From the NCBI GenBank assembly GCA_951406725.2, contig OX597815.1:84444001-84508000 (forward strand): a stretch of DNA of 64,000 nt, read 5' to 3'. Under the pieces are notes generated by a model. That model was not told the DNA's origin. It ran no database searches and saw only the letters and a list, made by a program, of their open reading frames with translations. The stretch comes from Octopus vulgaris. Taxonomy: Eukaryota. Shown piece after piece: positions 13,005 to 26,866 of the stretch (its first letter is position 1; each line of letters opens with the position of its first letter). Position numbers and translations under genes: made by a program.

Positions 13005-13375
13005 GAAAAAGCAGTGCATTCTATCAAAGTGGCAAGGGGTAAAATATACGAAATCCGTAATTACCCGTCTGATGAACAAAACACCCATGTTCCCAGAGGG
13101 GGAATTATTCAAACCCCAAAGAATTCCTCTCAACACATCGCTATGATGCTTACTCACTACTTCTTCTCATGATCAGAGATGCACATATCGTCAGCCACTA
13201 AGGGACATGCTCAACTGGTTAAGGTCAAACAACTGACAAACAAATCTGTGGTATTGAGCAGAATATCTGCTGTAGCCCATCTTTTATACCAAGACAAAAC
13301 AATGTACATAACACTTCCGATCCGTTAAAATGAGAAGCCACGAAAGTCACTGCCTGGTACTGCATCCGAGAATTT
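13005..13375. mobile_element. Unclassified dispersed repeat; inverted second copy at 35380-35560
   Basis: gaattcctctcaacaca..ctatgatgct..gcacatatcgtcagccactaaggg..ggtattgagcagaata matches the reverse complement of 35380-35560. Confidence 0.6.
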
Positions 13376-13387
13376 AATATCATCATT

Positions 13388-13459
<72 letters not shown>

Positions 13460-13481
13460 TTCTTCATCATCATCATCATCA

Positions 13482-13529
<48 letters not shown>

Positions 13530-13530
<1 letters not shown>

Positions 13531-14408
13531 AGACGTCGCACAGTGTCCAATATCGTGATGTTGTTGATTGAAGATATTTTGTCTACCAGGGACTAGTACT
13601 GTCTGTCAAGTCACAACAAGGACCTCAGGCAGACAGAACTTTACGCAATATGTGTGCTGTTCCAAGTAATACCGATGTTTGCAATACATCTAGATTCTAG
13701 GGTATTTGTAGTTTCCAGACGTTTCTTCAGGTTGGGTGGTATTGAACCTAATGCTCCGATGGCAATAGGGACAACCTTTATGTTTCACCCTGCCATATTA
13801 TAGCGGTCTCAATTCCAGGTCTTCATATTTATCAATCTTTTCTCTTCCTTTCATGATAATATGTTGATCTCCTGGCACTCCAACGTCGATTAGTAACCAC
13901 TTCTGCTTGTCCCTCCTAAACGTTACTCTAACACCTTGTCCCAGAGGATTTTTGCCTTCCCTGTTTCGTTCATTACCTTTTCTGATGTATGCTGGTACCA
14001 AGCACCCTTTACCTCATATCCATACTTTCAGCATAGTAGCCACTGAAGGCTCTGCTCTATTTTGTCGTGTCTGCGCTTGTACTCTTTCTGCGCAAGACTT
14101 TAGCAAGCATTAACTGAGTCACGCTTTCGACCCTCTTCCTACACATTCTGTAGAGATTCGTTGCACTTCTGTGATATATATCACAGTTGGTATTCAATGC
14201 CTGATACTGGGTAGCTTTGATTAGGTTCTCAGTCTTCTTTTTTAGGTCACCCTTGCTGAGCTACCACCTGATCTTTTAATTTGTTTATTTCGCGGTGAAA
14301 CTGACCCTGAAATTCCATGCAGAGTAGAGATTCTTCTCTCTCGTTGGCTATTCGTAATCGGAATTGATTAGCATTTCTCAAGTCCACTTTTGGTAAATCC
14401 TTCTGCAT
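13530..14408 (-). mobile_element. R4/Dong-like 3' fragment with (TAA)n tail
   Basis: QGQFHRE..GDLKKKTENLIKA..KAKILWD..KWLLIDVGVPGD..EKIDKYEDL..VVPIAIGALG..LLGTAHILRKVL*. The 3' end abuts (TAA)n. Confidence 0.85.
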
Positions 14409-14428
14409 TAGCAGCATACTGTAGCAGG

Positions 14429-14547
<119 letters not shown>

Positions 14548-14552
14548 GTATT

Positions 14553-14605
<53 letters not shown>

Positions 14606-14631
14606 CATCATCATTATAATTATTATTGCAT

Positions 14632-15152
14632 TAAAACTCACAACTTATACTGTCAGCAGACGAAGGTGACACTTGTGTTACTGGTCGTGCTTCAAGAACC
14701 CTGCGAATAATTCTTGCAGTTCCAAGCCATGCTGACTTTTGTAATTGTTCTACCTCCACACTTGCACTGATCTTTCTCATTTCAGCCATGCTGGTAGTTG
14801 AATACTGATACTTCCAAGTGCACCAATTGCTGTTGGTATCACATCTACTCTCCCTATTGACCACAAACTTCGTATTTCTCACTTCAAATCGTCATAGATG
14901 CTTATTTTTCTACTTCTTTCATATTGATCCTATTGTCACCGAGCCATGCTACGTCGATTATCATACATGTTCTTTCTTTTTAATTCGCCATACAATATCC
15001 GGTTTCCAATGTCTGGTCAGGTGATCGCACTGAATTATTGCATCCCACAGGATACTGCAATTCTCATTTCGGTGAATCCTTCTGCGGTTAGCTGATACCA
15101 CGTCTTTGTTCTTTGTAGGCTGTGATTTCTATAGAGTTCCCAATGGATCATT
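14632..15152 (-). mobile_element. R4/Dong-like 3' fragment with (TAA)n tail
   Basis: IHWELYRNHSLQRTKTWY..VDVIPTAIGALG..VEQLQKSAWLGTARIIRRVL. Confidence 0.85.
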
Positions 15153-15176
15153 CTTCTTTGTCTTTTTCTTCTTTTT

Positions 15177-15268
<92 letters not shown>

Positions 15269-15277
15269 CATCGTTAC

Positions 15278-15313
<36 letters not shown>

Positions 15314-15357
15314 CATCATCATCATCGTTACTATTATTATTATCATTATTTCATTTA

Positions 15358-16075
15358 TTTGCCATCAGGGTGAAGGACGAGGGGGACAATACAAAACAGA
15401 CATGCAGTGTGAGTGTTTACATACCATGAAATGATAAAATAAAAAATAAGTATAACAAAAATGAGTAAGTATACACGGTATACAATCAAAAGGAAAGGTA
15501 ATATACCTAGTATACAAAGGCTTTAAAAGGTGGGAGGATAGAAATGTAGTCCTCCAGATACAAAATGTCCTCTAAAGATAATCGAAGAACTCCACTGTCC
15601 AAGATCTCCCTGAGTACCAAGGGCATGAGCCCTCTCCAATTCTCTTTCTCTGACTCACAGGTCTACATTTTCGCAACTTTCAGCCAGCTTTCAATAAGCA
15701 CACTTGAAGACAGCACTTCCTTCTCACCCCGAATCTCTTTTTCAAGTGAAACTTGAAGAAGACAATGAGACCTCTACCAAAGAGGAATGTATTTGCCCTC
15801 ATACCTTTCAGCCTCGACTCTTTTGACACAGCCAACAGGCAAAGGAAAGTTGCCTTGCCTGCCCAATTAAAGGAGGGTTGTAGGGCAATTATCACTATAG
15901 ACTCGGTCGATAGACGGATACGTTCCACACGTGACAGCAGCTATTCTACATAACCTCACAAGTCAGCAATACCCGGACACTGAATGAGTACGTGCAGAAC
16001 GGTTTTGTCATTCTACGCGCCCCTCGGACAAGCCCACTGACAACACATCCATGCCTCTAGAGTTTATCTTGAATG
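15358..16075 (-). mobile_element. L1/Tx1-clade LINE 3' end (zf-RVT region plus 3' UTR)
   Basis: CPRGA*NDKTVLHVLIQCP..L*GYVE..FLCLLAVSKES..RLKG, like the CxxC..ETxxH...C knuckle. The sense 3' end runs into AATAAA and (TAA)n. Confidence 0.65.
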
Positions 16076-16352
16076 AACGAAAGCTAAATTTGACATCGGT
16101 TTGATTTGAAATTAGAATGTTTAAAGGTAGTACAAATACCGCAAAGGATTTTTCTCCGACGCTCAGTTGATTCTTTCAATCGAAGGTCGATTTAATCACC
16201 CTCAGTCCTTAACTGGTACTTTATTGATTGTAGCGTGATTAAAGATGAAACCGACTTCGGCAAGATATGGCCTCCGGATATAAAGGGCAAGGCAATTTGT
16301 ATACGGCAAGACAATTTGTCTAACGATTCACCGACGTGTCCATTCAACGCCC
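16075..16352 (-). mobile_element. Two degenerate SINE family A copies
   Basis: aactggtacttttattga..aaagatgaaaccgacttcggc resembles the family A core. Confidence 0.5.
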
Positions 16353-16354
16353 TT

Positions 16355-16543
<189 letters not shown>

Positions 16544-17001
16544 CGGATGATGAAGTACATGATTATAATAACAAAGAGAGTAAGGTTAAAACAATGGCGG
16601 CATTAATGTCTATCATAAACGTTCAGTTATTGAAAAATGGAAGTGATGCTATGAACATCAAGAAAACAGATAATAGTTTAATTTAATAAAGTTAATAAAT
16701 CAGCTAAATGGCCATATTCATTACATTATAATTATTAGGCATTTACACATACGCGGCCACATACACAAACACATTCACTAACAAACAAATAAACAAACAC
16801 ACACACACACAAACACGCACATGTGTGAGTGTGAGTATGTATATATGCACGTACATTTGTGTATTTATGCGTAGTCTAGGAAAGAGAAATTGAGATTTTA
16901 GGTTCATTGAGCGTAGCATATTTGTGCGTATATATATATATATATATATATATACAAACGTGCACACACACACCTACACACACACATATATACATATGTA
17001 T

Positions 17002-17042
<41 letters not shown>

Positions 17043-18239
17043 CAGATTGATATGGTCATTGATGTACTGGTATCTAAGTTCGTGCGTGCACATATATAAG
17101 CATAAATGTTTCGTAAGGAAGATATATCTGCATACCGGCTATAAGTTTCTGTATTCATCTGCGCGTGCGTATGTATATTTGAGTGCGTGTTTGTGTGTGT
17201 ATCAAACAGGTAATATGTCTACTGACACTGCATTAAAGAAAGGGCAAGGAAAATTTGGTGAAGTAAAAGAAAACTATTCAGCAGAAAGAACGGTTATTCG
17301 AAATAGCACTTGAAGCAACGAACCGAAAGACCTAAAGCTTTGCAGACTCGATATAAAAGAGTCAAACTAATGAACAGAGAATGTTCGCAAGTCCCAAGCG
17401 ACAAACTAAAAGATGAAAGGAATTTTTAACATATAAACATTGAGCAATCGATAGTGGTTATTGAACCAAGCAACCCTTATAGCGATCACTTTAGCCAATC
17501 GAAATATGATGTCATCAAAACTAGAGAACCACATTTTAACAACGTTAAGTTTGAGTGCAAATGTTAATGTCTTTGATAATTGTTTAGTCACTGGCAACAG
17601 AATAGAGAATAATAACCAAAGTGCAAGCTGAGAGGTTTCAAACAATTTAACCGTTCGTATTTATATCTTTTCTTTCTTTCTCTTATAATCACTTGAATGT
17701 TATCGTTTAACTTTGTGTTGTCGAATTGAATTGAACTGAACTGGGTGAGATAAAGCTTTTATTTCATCTTATTTCGTTTTATTTCCATGTTTTTTGTTTT
17801 GTTTTGTTTTTTAAATATAATAGTTGGCTCCTTCCTATTTTACGAAATCAACATTCAACAGATAGCAAATGTTATATGTAAGTTTGGATCAATATAATAT
17901 AATCCTATGCCGCTAAGCTGTTTCTTTTTAACAGTTATTTATTGTTGCAGAATCTTTTTGTTCTTGTTTTTGATTTGTGATAGCTTCAGAACTCTGTACT
18001 TATTATTTGAATATTCCCCCCATTCTCCAAGTACTTATTAGTTGAACATCCACCCCAGCCCGTTCCCCATTCTTCATGCTACAATATTTGACCAATTTTC
18101 GGTCAATTGTTACATATAATTATAGTTGATGTGTACATGCTGTTAGGAAATAAAATATTTTGAATAAAAGGAAGATTTTAAGCTTTCAATTTTCAATTGA
18201 CGCCACCATTCTAAATTTTCTTCTATGAATGTAGAGATG

Positions 18240-19090
18240 ATGATAGATTCCGTATGCATCGGATGTTTTAATATGGGAAACAGAAATGAATGTGGAAAAT
18301 AACGATATTATATAGCAAGACAAATACAAATAAATGATGTTATTGTAGAGCATCAATAATTTCATTGCTTCGTAGAGGAAGGCCTGCAGTCTTTCTCCCC
18401 CAAAGACCCCCTTTTCAGACCCGATGAAACTGTTAGAAGGAAAGGACAAAGTTTTCCTAATATATGAGACGTATACTGAATGCTTACAATAGAGTACACC
18501 CTGCTAAATGCACCCAAGATCCATGCGTTGATGTTAAACCGGATGATTGATTACATCCACTACCAAAGAAGAGAAATGATCATTTTGAACAGCTTCTACA
18601 GTTTTACTCATATTGCATTTGTGGACCTGAGATTATTGTCAAAATCATACTATGTACCACACAGTGAGCAAGAACTCGAAAGTATGTGATTGCGAAGGGA
18701 ATTTTTCAACAACGGAGCCATTAAGTTCCATTTGGGAACTCATTAAAATAAGTATGAAACCAACCGGCCCTTTCGTTATGCTAGAGGTCAGTGACCTTCG
18801 CCTACCTCTTCTCTCCAAATAGTCCATGATATTAAACGAAGGTTATTTATGACGCTGTAAATAATTGTTAAATATCAATAAAACCGTTCATTTGGGTTTT
18901 CTTTGGAAAATGCGGAATGGACGTCGGTGGTCCTGAGTCAATAGCGAGATTCAATATATGGTGTTTTTTAATAACTTCATTTATTTGTATTTGTCTTGTA
19001 ATATAAATCTATTTTCCACATTCGTCCCTGTTTCCTATATTAAAACATGTGATACATACAGAATTCATACGGAATACATACGGAATATAT
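18240..19090. mobile_element. Unclassified element with about 120-bp imperfect terminal inverted repeats
   Basis: 18245-18355 is the reverse complement of 18960-19085 (catttatttgtatttgtcttg..ttttccacattc..ctgtttcc.atattaaaacat). Confidence 0.6.
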
Positions 19091-19249
19091 CACTTAGTAT
19101 ATTTACTTGCAGATTTAAACTCTGCATATTCCTCATCTCCAAATAATAATTGGATCATGTTCGAGAGAAATAAAACGAAAGGAAGACCTTAGTAAGTTTA
19201 GGTTATGCAAGAATGTCAGAGATAATACTTGAAATAAGGTTACAAATAT

Positions 19250-19570
19250 TAGTTTCAAATTTTAGCACGAGGCCTGCAATTTCGGAGTGGGATAATTCGA
19301 TTACATCAACCCCAGTGTTTAATTGGTATTTATTTTATTGACCCCGAAAGGATGAAAGGCAAAGTGTACCACGGTAGGACGGTTGAAATACCGCTAAGCA
19401 TTCTACCCCGCCTGCAAAGTATTCTGTAAGCTCGCCGCCTTAAAATTTTTTAAATAATAAATGAGCCCGGATCGACTTTGCCTTTCATCCTTTCGAGGTC
19501 GATAACAAAAAGTACCAGTTGAATGGGTTTGATTTAATCGACTTACACACTATCCCAAATTGCTGGTTAG
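19250..19570. mobile_element. Two SINE family A copies, head to head (19250-19442 minus; 19465-19570 plus)
   Basis: gaccccgaaaggatgaaaggcaaag versus cgactttgcctttcatcctttcgaggtcgataa. Confidence 0.8.
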
Positions 19571-21109
19571 CTGGTGAAAGATGATTTGAATACTCTACTG
19601 CATGTGAAGTCGTAATACGAAAGAGTATTGTCTCGATGGAATGGCAATAGTGTCAAAATATGGGAAGTCAATGTTTTAGTAATGTCAATGCCTCAGTTCA
19701 AAATATAGGTACAGTATTTGCATACTTCGGAAAAAAGTACAGTTTGTTGCTGCAGACAAAAGATATTGTACAGCTGACAAATGTTCCCTCTGAAAAATTC
19801 TGATTCTCAAAGATGTCAACAGAAGATAATCTTTGCAAGAAGATATTTCAAAATAAGCCCGAAAATTCGAGGGTTAGGGACTGATAAAAAGGTAAATTAA
19901 CTTTGGGGGCAATTCACGAACCCTTAACATTTAAATTATTCTATTAAATGTAATACTTATTTACTCAAATTGTCTTGAATCAATCATGCATTATCACATG
20001 GCTTCAAGAATTCGATGATATGACTGTATTTTTGGAAATACAATGCGAGTTAGATGTGAGATGTTAGATCTGGTTGGTATGAATATAAAACCGACAGAAT
20101 ATGTGGGTAGAATATGACTAGTTTAAATGCCAAACGGCTAAACGTTTTGGCAGGTATTCATCATAGCGTGAAGGTGAAGTATGTGGGTAAAATAAATATC
20201 AGAGCTGCATTGCTCTCCTCAGAGTTTTTTCAAGCTATTCTAAATCCATTGCAATGCTGGAAACACTTCTCGATCGTCAGTAGGTATCTGAGGGTCACAA
20301 GCGTTTCGACCCCTAAGTTGTATATATCGTATGACAGCAGGGCAGCGGAGACTGAACTAAACTTCACCTACGGAAGAGATCCACTTGCAGTCTATTATCA
20401 ACCATAGCCACCTTCAGCTAGTTTCAGCTGCTGTGCTTATTTTCTTCGTGGCTTTTCTCAGTTGTCTAGATTCCTGACTTATCTTCGGCAGGAATATAGC
20501 TGGAAAACCGCATCAATAGGGAATGAGGGCACAAGCTATCCTTCGACAAGGGCCTCGTCGAATATGTCCTGATATTTCGTTTTTTTTTACCTGCGAGAAA
20601 TATCGAGTCTGTTTTTCCGGGATCAGAGATAATACTTCAGTGACTTAAATCGATCAACAGGGACAACAATAATAGTTGAACATCAATGAAAAAGAAAAAC
20701 GTCAGCGTTAAATTCTGCTACAGCAAAAGACCATAAAAATAAGTTTATGGCAAGCTGGTACAGGAACGAGGTCCGTACATAAAAGACCCCGAATAAAGGA
20801 ATGACCTTCACAACCCTACCACTTTAGTTTAATCTCCTTAATTGATCCCGTTTAGCACCAATCACCAAATTGCACGCGACTGTCTTTGGCAGAGCCACTT
20901 CTGTTGCACGCATTCAAACCAGATTCCCCACTTCCTTCTCTCCTACCTCTGTTCTCCGGAGCCATCAAGAGGATCAAGTGTGCAGCTTTTTTCCTATTTG
21001 GAATGAAGCATTAAATAGAAGAAAGTGCAGAGATAATCGCTTCTCCATCGAAAGGAACCTCTTTAATGAATTCTTTCGACTATGAGAAGTAAATATTTAT
21101 CAACGTAAG

Positions 21110-21168
<59 letters not shown>

Positions 21169-21826
21169 GACAGGCATATACGCATGTATGTATCCCTTTA
21201 TGCGTATACATATGCGATGGACAGGAGAGGAAAGAGAACGAGGGAGAGAGATAAGGAGGAAGTGAGGGAGAGAGATAGAGAGTGTAACTAAGCATGAGAG
21301 AATTTGAGATAGACACCAGAAGAGAGATGATGTGCTTCTTTCCATCTTTCTTCTTATACAACATTCTAACAAAATCTTGTAATACCAGCCTCTTCCTCTT
21401 CTTCTCATTATCCTCCGCCATCAACGACACGTTGTCCCTTATGCATATATTTCTTTTACTCCGCCTTCTCGTTCCTCTACAACCCCTTTTTTTTTATTAA
21501 CTTTTCCGTTTATTTATTTATATATTTGATTGCTTATTTAGGGGTTTCAATCTACTTCCCACTAACCTGTTTTTTTTTTCTTTTGATATGTGTGTGTATA
21601 TTTCTTTTTCTTTTACTTTCAGGTTTTGTAAATAAAGCATTGCTGTACAGTGCTACACGTCAATGGTTTTACATTTCTTCCCCCAAACACTTTTTTCATT
21701 CCAATTAATCCGGTCGTTATTTAAAAAGAGTAGGTTTAAGGGCTTCATCTCGAACTTACACTTCATATGAATGTGTGTCTCTGTGTGTGGAAACATGTAT
21801 ATGTACATACATGTGTGGGTCCGTGT

Positions 21827-21903
<77 letters not shown>

Positions 21904-22027
21904 AGTATATATGCATATATATATATGCATATATGCTTGTGTGTATGTATACATATATATATATGTATATATATATATACACACACATATATATAAATAT
22001 ATGTATACATACACACACGAGTATATA

Positions 22028-22093
<66 letters not shown>

Positions 22094-22897
22094 TATATAT
22101 ATACATGAGCGTATATTTTCGCAACATATACATATATGTAGCTGTGTGTGTGTATGCATGCACAAAGTTATACACACGTATACTTACATGAATATTCATA
22201 CGCACATATACACATGCACGCATACACTCACGCACGCGCGCGAGCACGCACACACATACACACAAACATGCATGCATACATACATACATGCATACATACA
22301 TACATACATACATACATACATACATACATACATACATACATACATACATACATGCATGTATGCATGCATACACATGAAGTGAATACTCTTTTGGTCTTGG
22401 TTTTGGTTTTGCGTTTTCTTTTGATCAACTTCAATCGGAAAAGTAAATCACTTGAAATAACGATTCCGGCTAGCAATTACCATTTCCATTTCTTTCTCTG
22501 ACCCTTACCATGTTCGGTGAAATTCCATTAAAAGCTCAACCGTTGTTGGCTTCGTTCCAACTTGCCATCAACAAAGTCCGAACGACATTGTCGAAGAATT
22601 CAAAAGAGACTAGCAGAAAAAAAAATGTCAATTAAAAACAAGACGCTTGCCCAACAAACAATATGAATAGCAATGGTGGTCAAGGGAGAACTTTGGCCAG
22701 TGTTGTCGTCTTTGTGTGAAAAGATTTATTATGTAAGTGACTGGAGTTGATGAAAGTACGGTACGGTTCACAAGTCTCTGGTCGTTAATGGTTATAGTGT
22801 GTGCGTGTATGTGTATGTGTGTGTGACCAGTGAGGTGGAGTGGTGGTAGGTATGTGCGGACGGCAAAGCTGATATGCTTCTGGTGGTGTTGGTGGTA

Positions 22898-22898
22898 C

Positions 22899-22952
<54 letters not shown>

Positions 22953-22990
22953 AAACAGCAGCAGCAGAAATGGCAGAAACAGTAGCTGTG

Positions 22991-23037
<47 letters not shown>

Positions 23038-23062
23038 GGTGGTGGTGGTGGTGGTGGTGGTG

Positions 23063-23108
<46 letters not shown>

Positions 23109-23151
23109 CAGCAGCAGCACCAGCAGCAGTAGCAGCAGCAGCACCAGCAGC

Positions 23152-23189
<38 letters not shown>

Positions 23190-23230
23190 CAGCAACAGCA
23201 GCACCAGCAGTGACAGTAGTGTCAGTAGCA
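22898..23230. repeat. Compound (AGT)/(GGT)/(AGC) microsatellite
   Basis: Directly visible. Confidence 0.95.
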
Positions 23231-23484
23231 GTAGTTTTATTTGTTATGGTTGTTTTTGTTGTTTATCCCCTTCGTCAACCCCAAATAAGGAGACATAGGC
23301 TCAGAGAATTCTAGTTGACCGTTATGTCAGTTACAAAATGAGAGAATGCGATGTATTCTTCCCTTATTCTTTTAAGACTGTAGAATACGATTTGATGGGG
23401 ATTTGGCTTTGATTTCCAGCACTTAGAGTAATCACATAGAAGACCCGTCGATGCTTAGTTGCAGTTGTTGTTGTTGTTCTTGTT

Positions 23485-24286
23485 GTTCTTCTTCTTCTTC
23501 TTCCTCTTCTTCTTTTTCTTCTTCTTCCTCTTCTTCTTTTTCTTCTTGTTCCTCTTCTTCTTTTTCTTTTTCTTCCTCTTCTTTTTCTTTTTCTTCCACT
23601 TCTTCTTTTTCTTTTTTCTTCCTCTTCTTCTTTTTCTTTTTTCTTCCTCTTCTTCTTTTTCTTTTTCTTCCTCTTCTTCTTTTCTTTTTCTTCCTCTTCT
23701 TTTTCTTCTTTTTTTCTTCCTCTTCTTCTTTTTCTTCTTTTTCTTTTTCTTTTTCTTTTCCTTCTTCTTTTTCTTCTCCTTCTTCTTTTTCTACTTCCTC
23801 TTCTTCTTCTTTTCCTTCCTCTTCCTCTTCTTCTTTTTCTTCTTCTTCCTCTTCTTCTTTTTCTTTTCCTTCTTCTTTTTTTTCTTCTTCTTCTTTTCCT
23901 TTTCCTTCCTCTTCTTCTTCTTTTTTCTTCCTCTTCTTCTTCTTCTTCTTCTTCTTCTTCTTCTTCTTCTTCTTCTTCTTCTTCTTCTTCTTCTTCTTCT
24001 TCTTCTTCTCCTCCTCCTCCTCCTCCTTCTACTTCTTCTTCTTCTTCTTCTTCTCCTCCTCCTCCTCCTTCTTCTTCTTCTTCTTCTTCTTCTTCTTCTT
24101 CTCCTCCTCCTCCTTCTTCTTCTTCTTCTTCTTCTTCTTCTTCTCCTCCTCCTTCTTCTTCTTCTTCTTCTTCTTCTTCTTCTCCTCCTCCTTCTTCTTC
24201 TTCTTCTTCTTCTTCTTCTTCTTCTTCTTCTTCTTCTTCTTCTTCTTCTTCTTCTTCTTCTTCTTCTTCTTCTTCTTCTTCTTCTT
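23485..24286. repeat. About 800-bp polypyrimidine (TTC/CTC)n tract
   Basis: Almost only C and T on the + strand; explains the poly-E/K/R, poly-F/S and poly-L ORFs. Confidence 0.97.
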
Positions 24287-24618
24287 GCTGTTGTTGTTGT
24301 TCACTTTGTGTTTGTTGTAGCAGTATTACTTCTTGTTGTAATGGTGGCATTACTTGTAATAGTAGTACTAATAGTAGGATTGAATTGTTGCTGTTTTTGT
24401 TTTTTCCTTGTGGCAGTTGCTGTAACACTATTACTACAGTCACTGCTTAAAAAGAGGAGGTGGGGGAAAGTGGAGGAGGCGTTCGCAGTTGTTGTTGCTT
24501 TACAGATGTGTTGTTGCAGTGTTTGATATAGTAACTAGTAGGTGTGTTAGCTTATGTTGTGGTGACAATAGCGGTGGTATATATGTATTCTACTGATACT
24601 GTTGATTATAGGTAAGTA

Positions 24619-25258
24619 AGGCGGTGTGCTGGCAGAATCGTTAGCTCGCCGGGCGAAATGCTTAGCAGCATGAAGTCTGTCTTTACGTTCTGAGTTCAAA
24701 TTCAGCCGAGGTAGGCTTTGCCTTTCATCCTTTCGGGATCGATAAACTAAGTACCAGTTACGCACGGGGGTCGATGTAATCGACGTAATCCGTTTGTCTG
24801 TCCTTGTTTGTCCCCTCTGTGTTTAGACCCTTGTGGGGAATAAATAAATCAGAAACGTTAGCACGCCGGACGAAATGCTTAGCGGTATTTTGTCTGTCTT
24901 TACGTTTTGAGTTCAAATTCCGCCGAGGTCAACTTTGCCTTTCATTCTTTCGGGGTCGATAAATTAAGTACCGGTTACGCACTGGGGTCGATGTAATCGA
25001 CTTAATCCCATTTATAAGTACCGGTTTGTCCTTGTTTGTCCCCTCTATGGGCAATAAAGAAGTAAGAAACGTTAGCACGCTGGGCGAAAAGCTTAGCAGT
25101 CTTTACGTTCTGCGTTCAAATTCTGCCGAGGTCGACTTTGCTTTTTATCGTTTCGAGATCGATAAATTAAGTACCAGTTGCATACTGGAGTCGATGTAAC
25201 CGACTGCCCCCCCACCCAAAAAAAATTTTGGGCCTTGTTCCTAGAGTACAAAAGATTA
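24619..25258 (+). mobile_element. SINE family A tandem trimer
   Basis: Head AGGCGGTGTGCTGGCAGAATCG and B-box GAGTTCAAATTC. The core actttgcctttcatcctttcggggtcgataaa occurs three times, joined by a gtccttgtttgtcccctct linker. Confidence 0.9.
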
Positions 25259-25948
25259 TAGTTTTAATAGTATACATCACTAGCCCACACTAGTTTGTGG
25301 GCTTTCGGCAGCGGTGCGTATGATAGTACGGATGGTAGGTAGAGTAACATTTGACAAGCAAAAGTGTTGATCAGGATCAACAATCTTGATGCTGGTATAC
25401 TGAGGGGATGATTGTGGTGGTGGTAATGACGATGACGATGACGATGATGATGATGATGATGGTGACGACGAGAACCTATGCTCAAATTCATTCCAGCTGT
25501 GACTGTCTAGTTTTTATATCAATTTTCACTCGTGCTGCGTATCAAAAACTGCATTAGCCAATGTGTACTTCATTTTTAAAGTGTCCTAATTGAGCAACAT
25601 TTGGCCGCTTTTTCTACGAAGTCGAGCAACATAAAACTTTCCTGGCTGAATAGCGGCGTTACTACTGACGCAATACAATAATTATATTCATCTCATTATA
25701 TTCATATATATTCAAACATTATATTCGTATAATTATTCTATTCATATCGACACGCTGTACTATAATCGATAATAGAATCACTTGGCAACCAAATGATACT
25801 TGTTATATGCCACATCGTTTTTCTTTCCTTATGGCACTGAATTCATATAATCGTTAATGCGTCACTACTTTATTTTATTTAGTCACGACCGTCTACATAC
25901 GAATTTCAAATCCCAACCAAATTGATTTGGTTCTTATCCACATTAAGG

Positions 25949-26216
25949 TAGGCACCAGTAAAATACTGGGGTCAAACAGAAAATTTTGACTTGTTTCTAC
26001 ACATTCTGTTAAAACTTGAAGTCATTTGAACTAGAACTGGCAAAGTTATTACATTACGAAATATCAAATTTTTTGAAACACCCTGTACTTTGTTTATGTT
26101 TTACAGGCGTGGCTGTGTGTTAAAAAGCGAGATTCTCAATAATAGTGTTCCAGATTCAGTCCCACTACATGGAACCTTGGCCGACAATATAGGCACCAGT
26201 AAAATATTGGGGTCAA
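25949..26216. repeat. Inverted duplicate of 26763-26970 flanked by 27-bp direct repeats
   Basis: 25985-26190 is the reverse complement of 26763-26970. taggcaccagtaaaata(c/t)tggggtcaa occurs at 25949 and 26190. Confidence 0.85.
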
Positions 26217-26866
26217 TGTAATCGAATTTTATCATTGAAGGGTTATGTATACTGTTTATATTAATCTGACTAGTGTCCTCAGCTTGACTGTTACTTTCGC
26301 TATGTTTCAGTTGTTATATTCTCCAGCTTTCTTCAAGTGTTTTGTGTTGAACTCGATTGTTATACCAGAACTCTGAACGTAACCCTTTATTTGATCCAGG
26401 GAGGTACACTCATTCCACTCTATGCGTTTCGTGACTTTTACTTATTTTTTTATTTATTTATTCATTTATTTTGCTTCAGTTGATCTTGAGGATTTATCTT
26501 AGTGCTTTGCCTGGAATTTAACTCAGAATCTCTAGGTAACGGCACTGCATTAACCTACGTCTTTATCTATTAAGCATCTGAAGAAGGATCGAGCGAACAA
26601 CAGCGGAAACGTGGCGAAAGCAGCAATCAAGATGAGGACACCAGCCCGTTTAAAATAACAGTATACATAACATAAACGTCTCACCTTAGAAATATAGAAT
26701 AGTATTTAAGAGTTGTGCAGTTGCATAGCCTGCTGAGAATAACTGAAACCAGTAAAATTAAGATATATCAGCCAAGGTTCCACGTAGTGGGACTGAATCT
26801 AGAACACTATGGTTAAGAATCTCGCTTTTTAACACACAGCCACGCCTGTAAAACATAAACAAAGTA

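Noticed and set aside
13069-13110. CTGATGA hammerhead core start
   Set aside because: No GAAA follows a hairpin, and the second family copy at 35380-35560 lacks the motif.
21653-22501. Many overlapping YI/HT/CV-rich ORFs here and throughout the window
   Set aside because: They are translations of (TA)n, (CA)n and (TACA)n microsatellites.
22506-22609. Minus-strand exon-like segment (ctgctag ... ATG|GTAAGG)
   Set aside because: All three frames contain stops and there is no other support.
23364-24526. Long ORFs of 289-359 aa (poly-E/R/K, poly-S/F, poly-L)
   Set aside because: They are stop-free reading of the (TTC)n tract in several frames on both strands, with no domain content.
24619-24710. 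tRNA-like sequence with A and B boxes
   Set aside because: It continues into a SINE core and is multicopy and diverged. I could not fold a complete cloverleaf.
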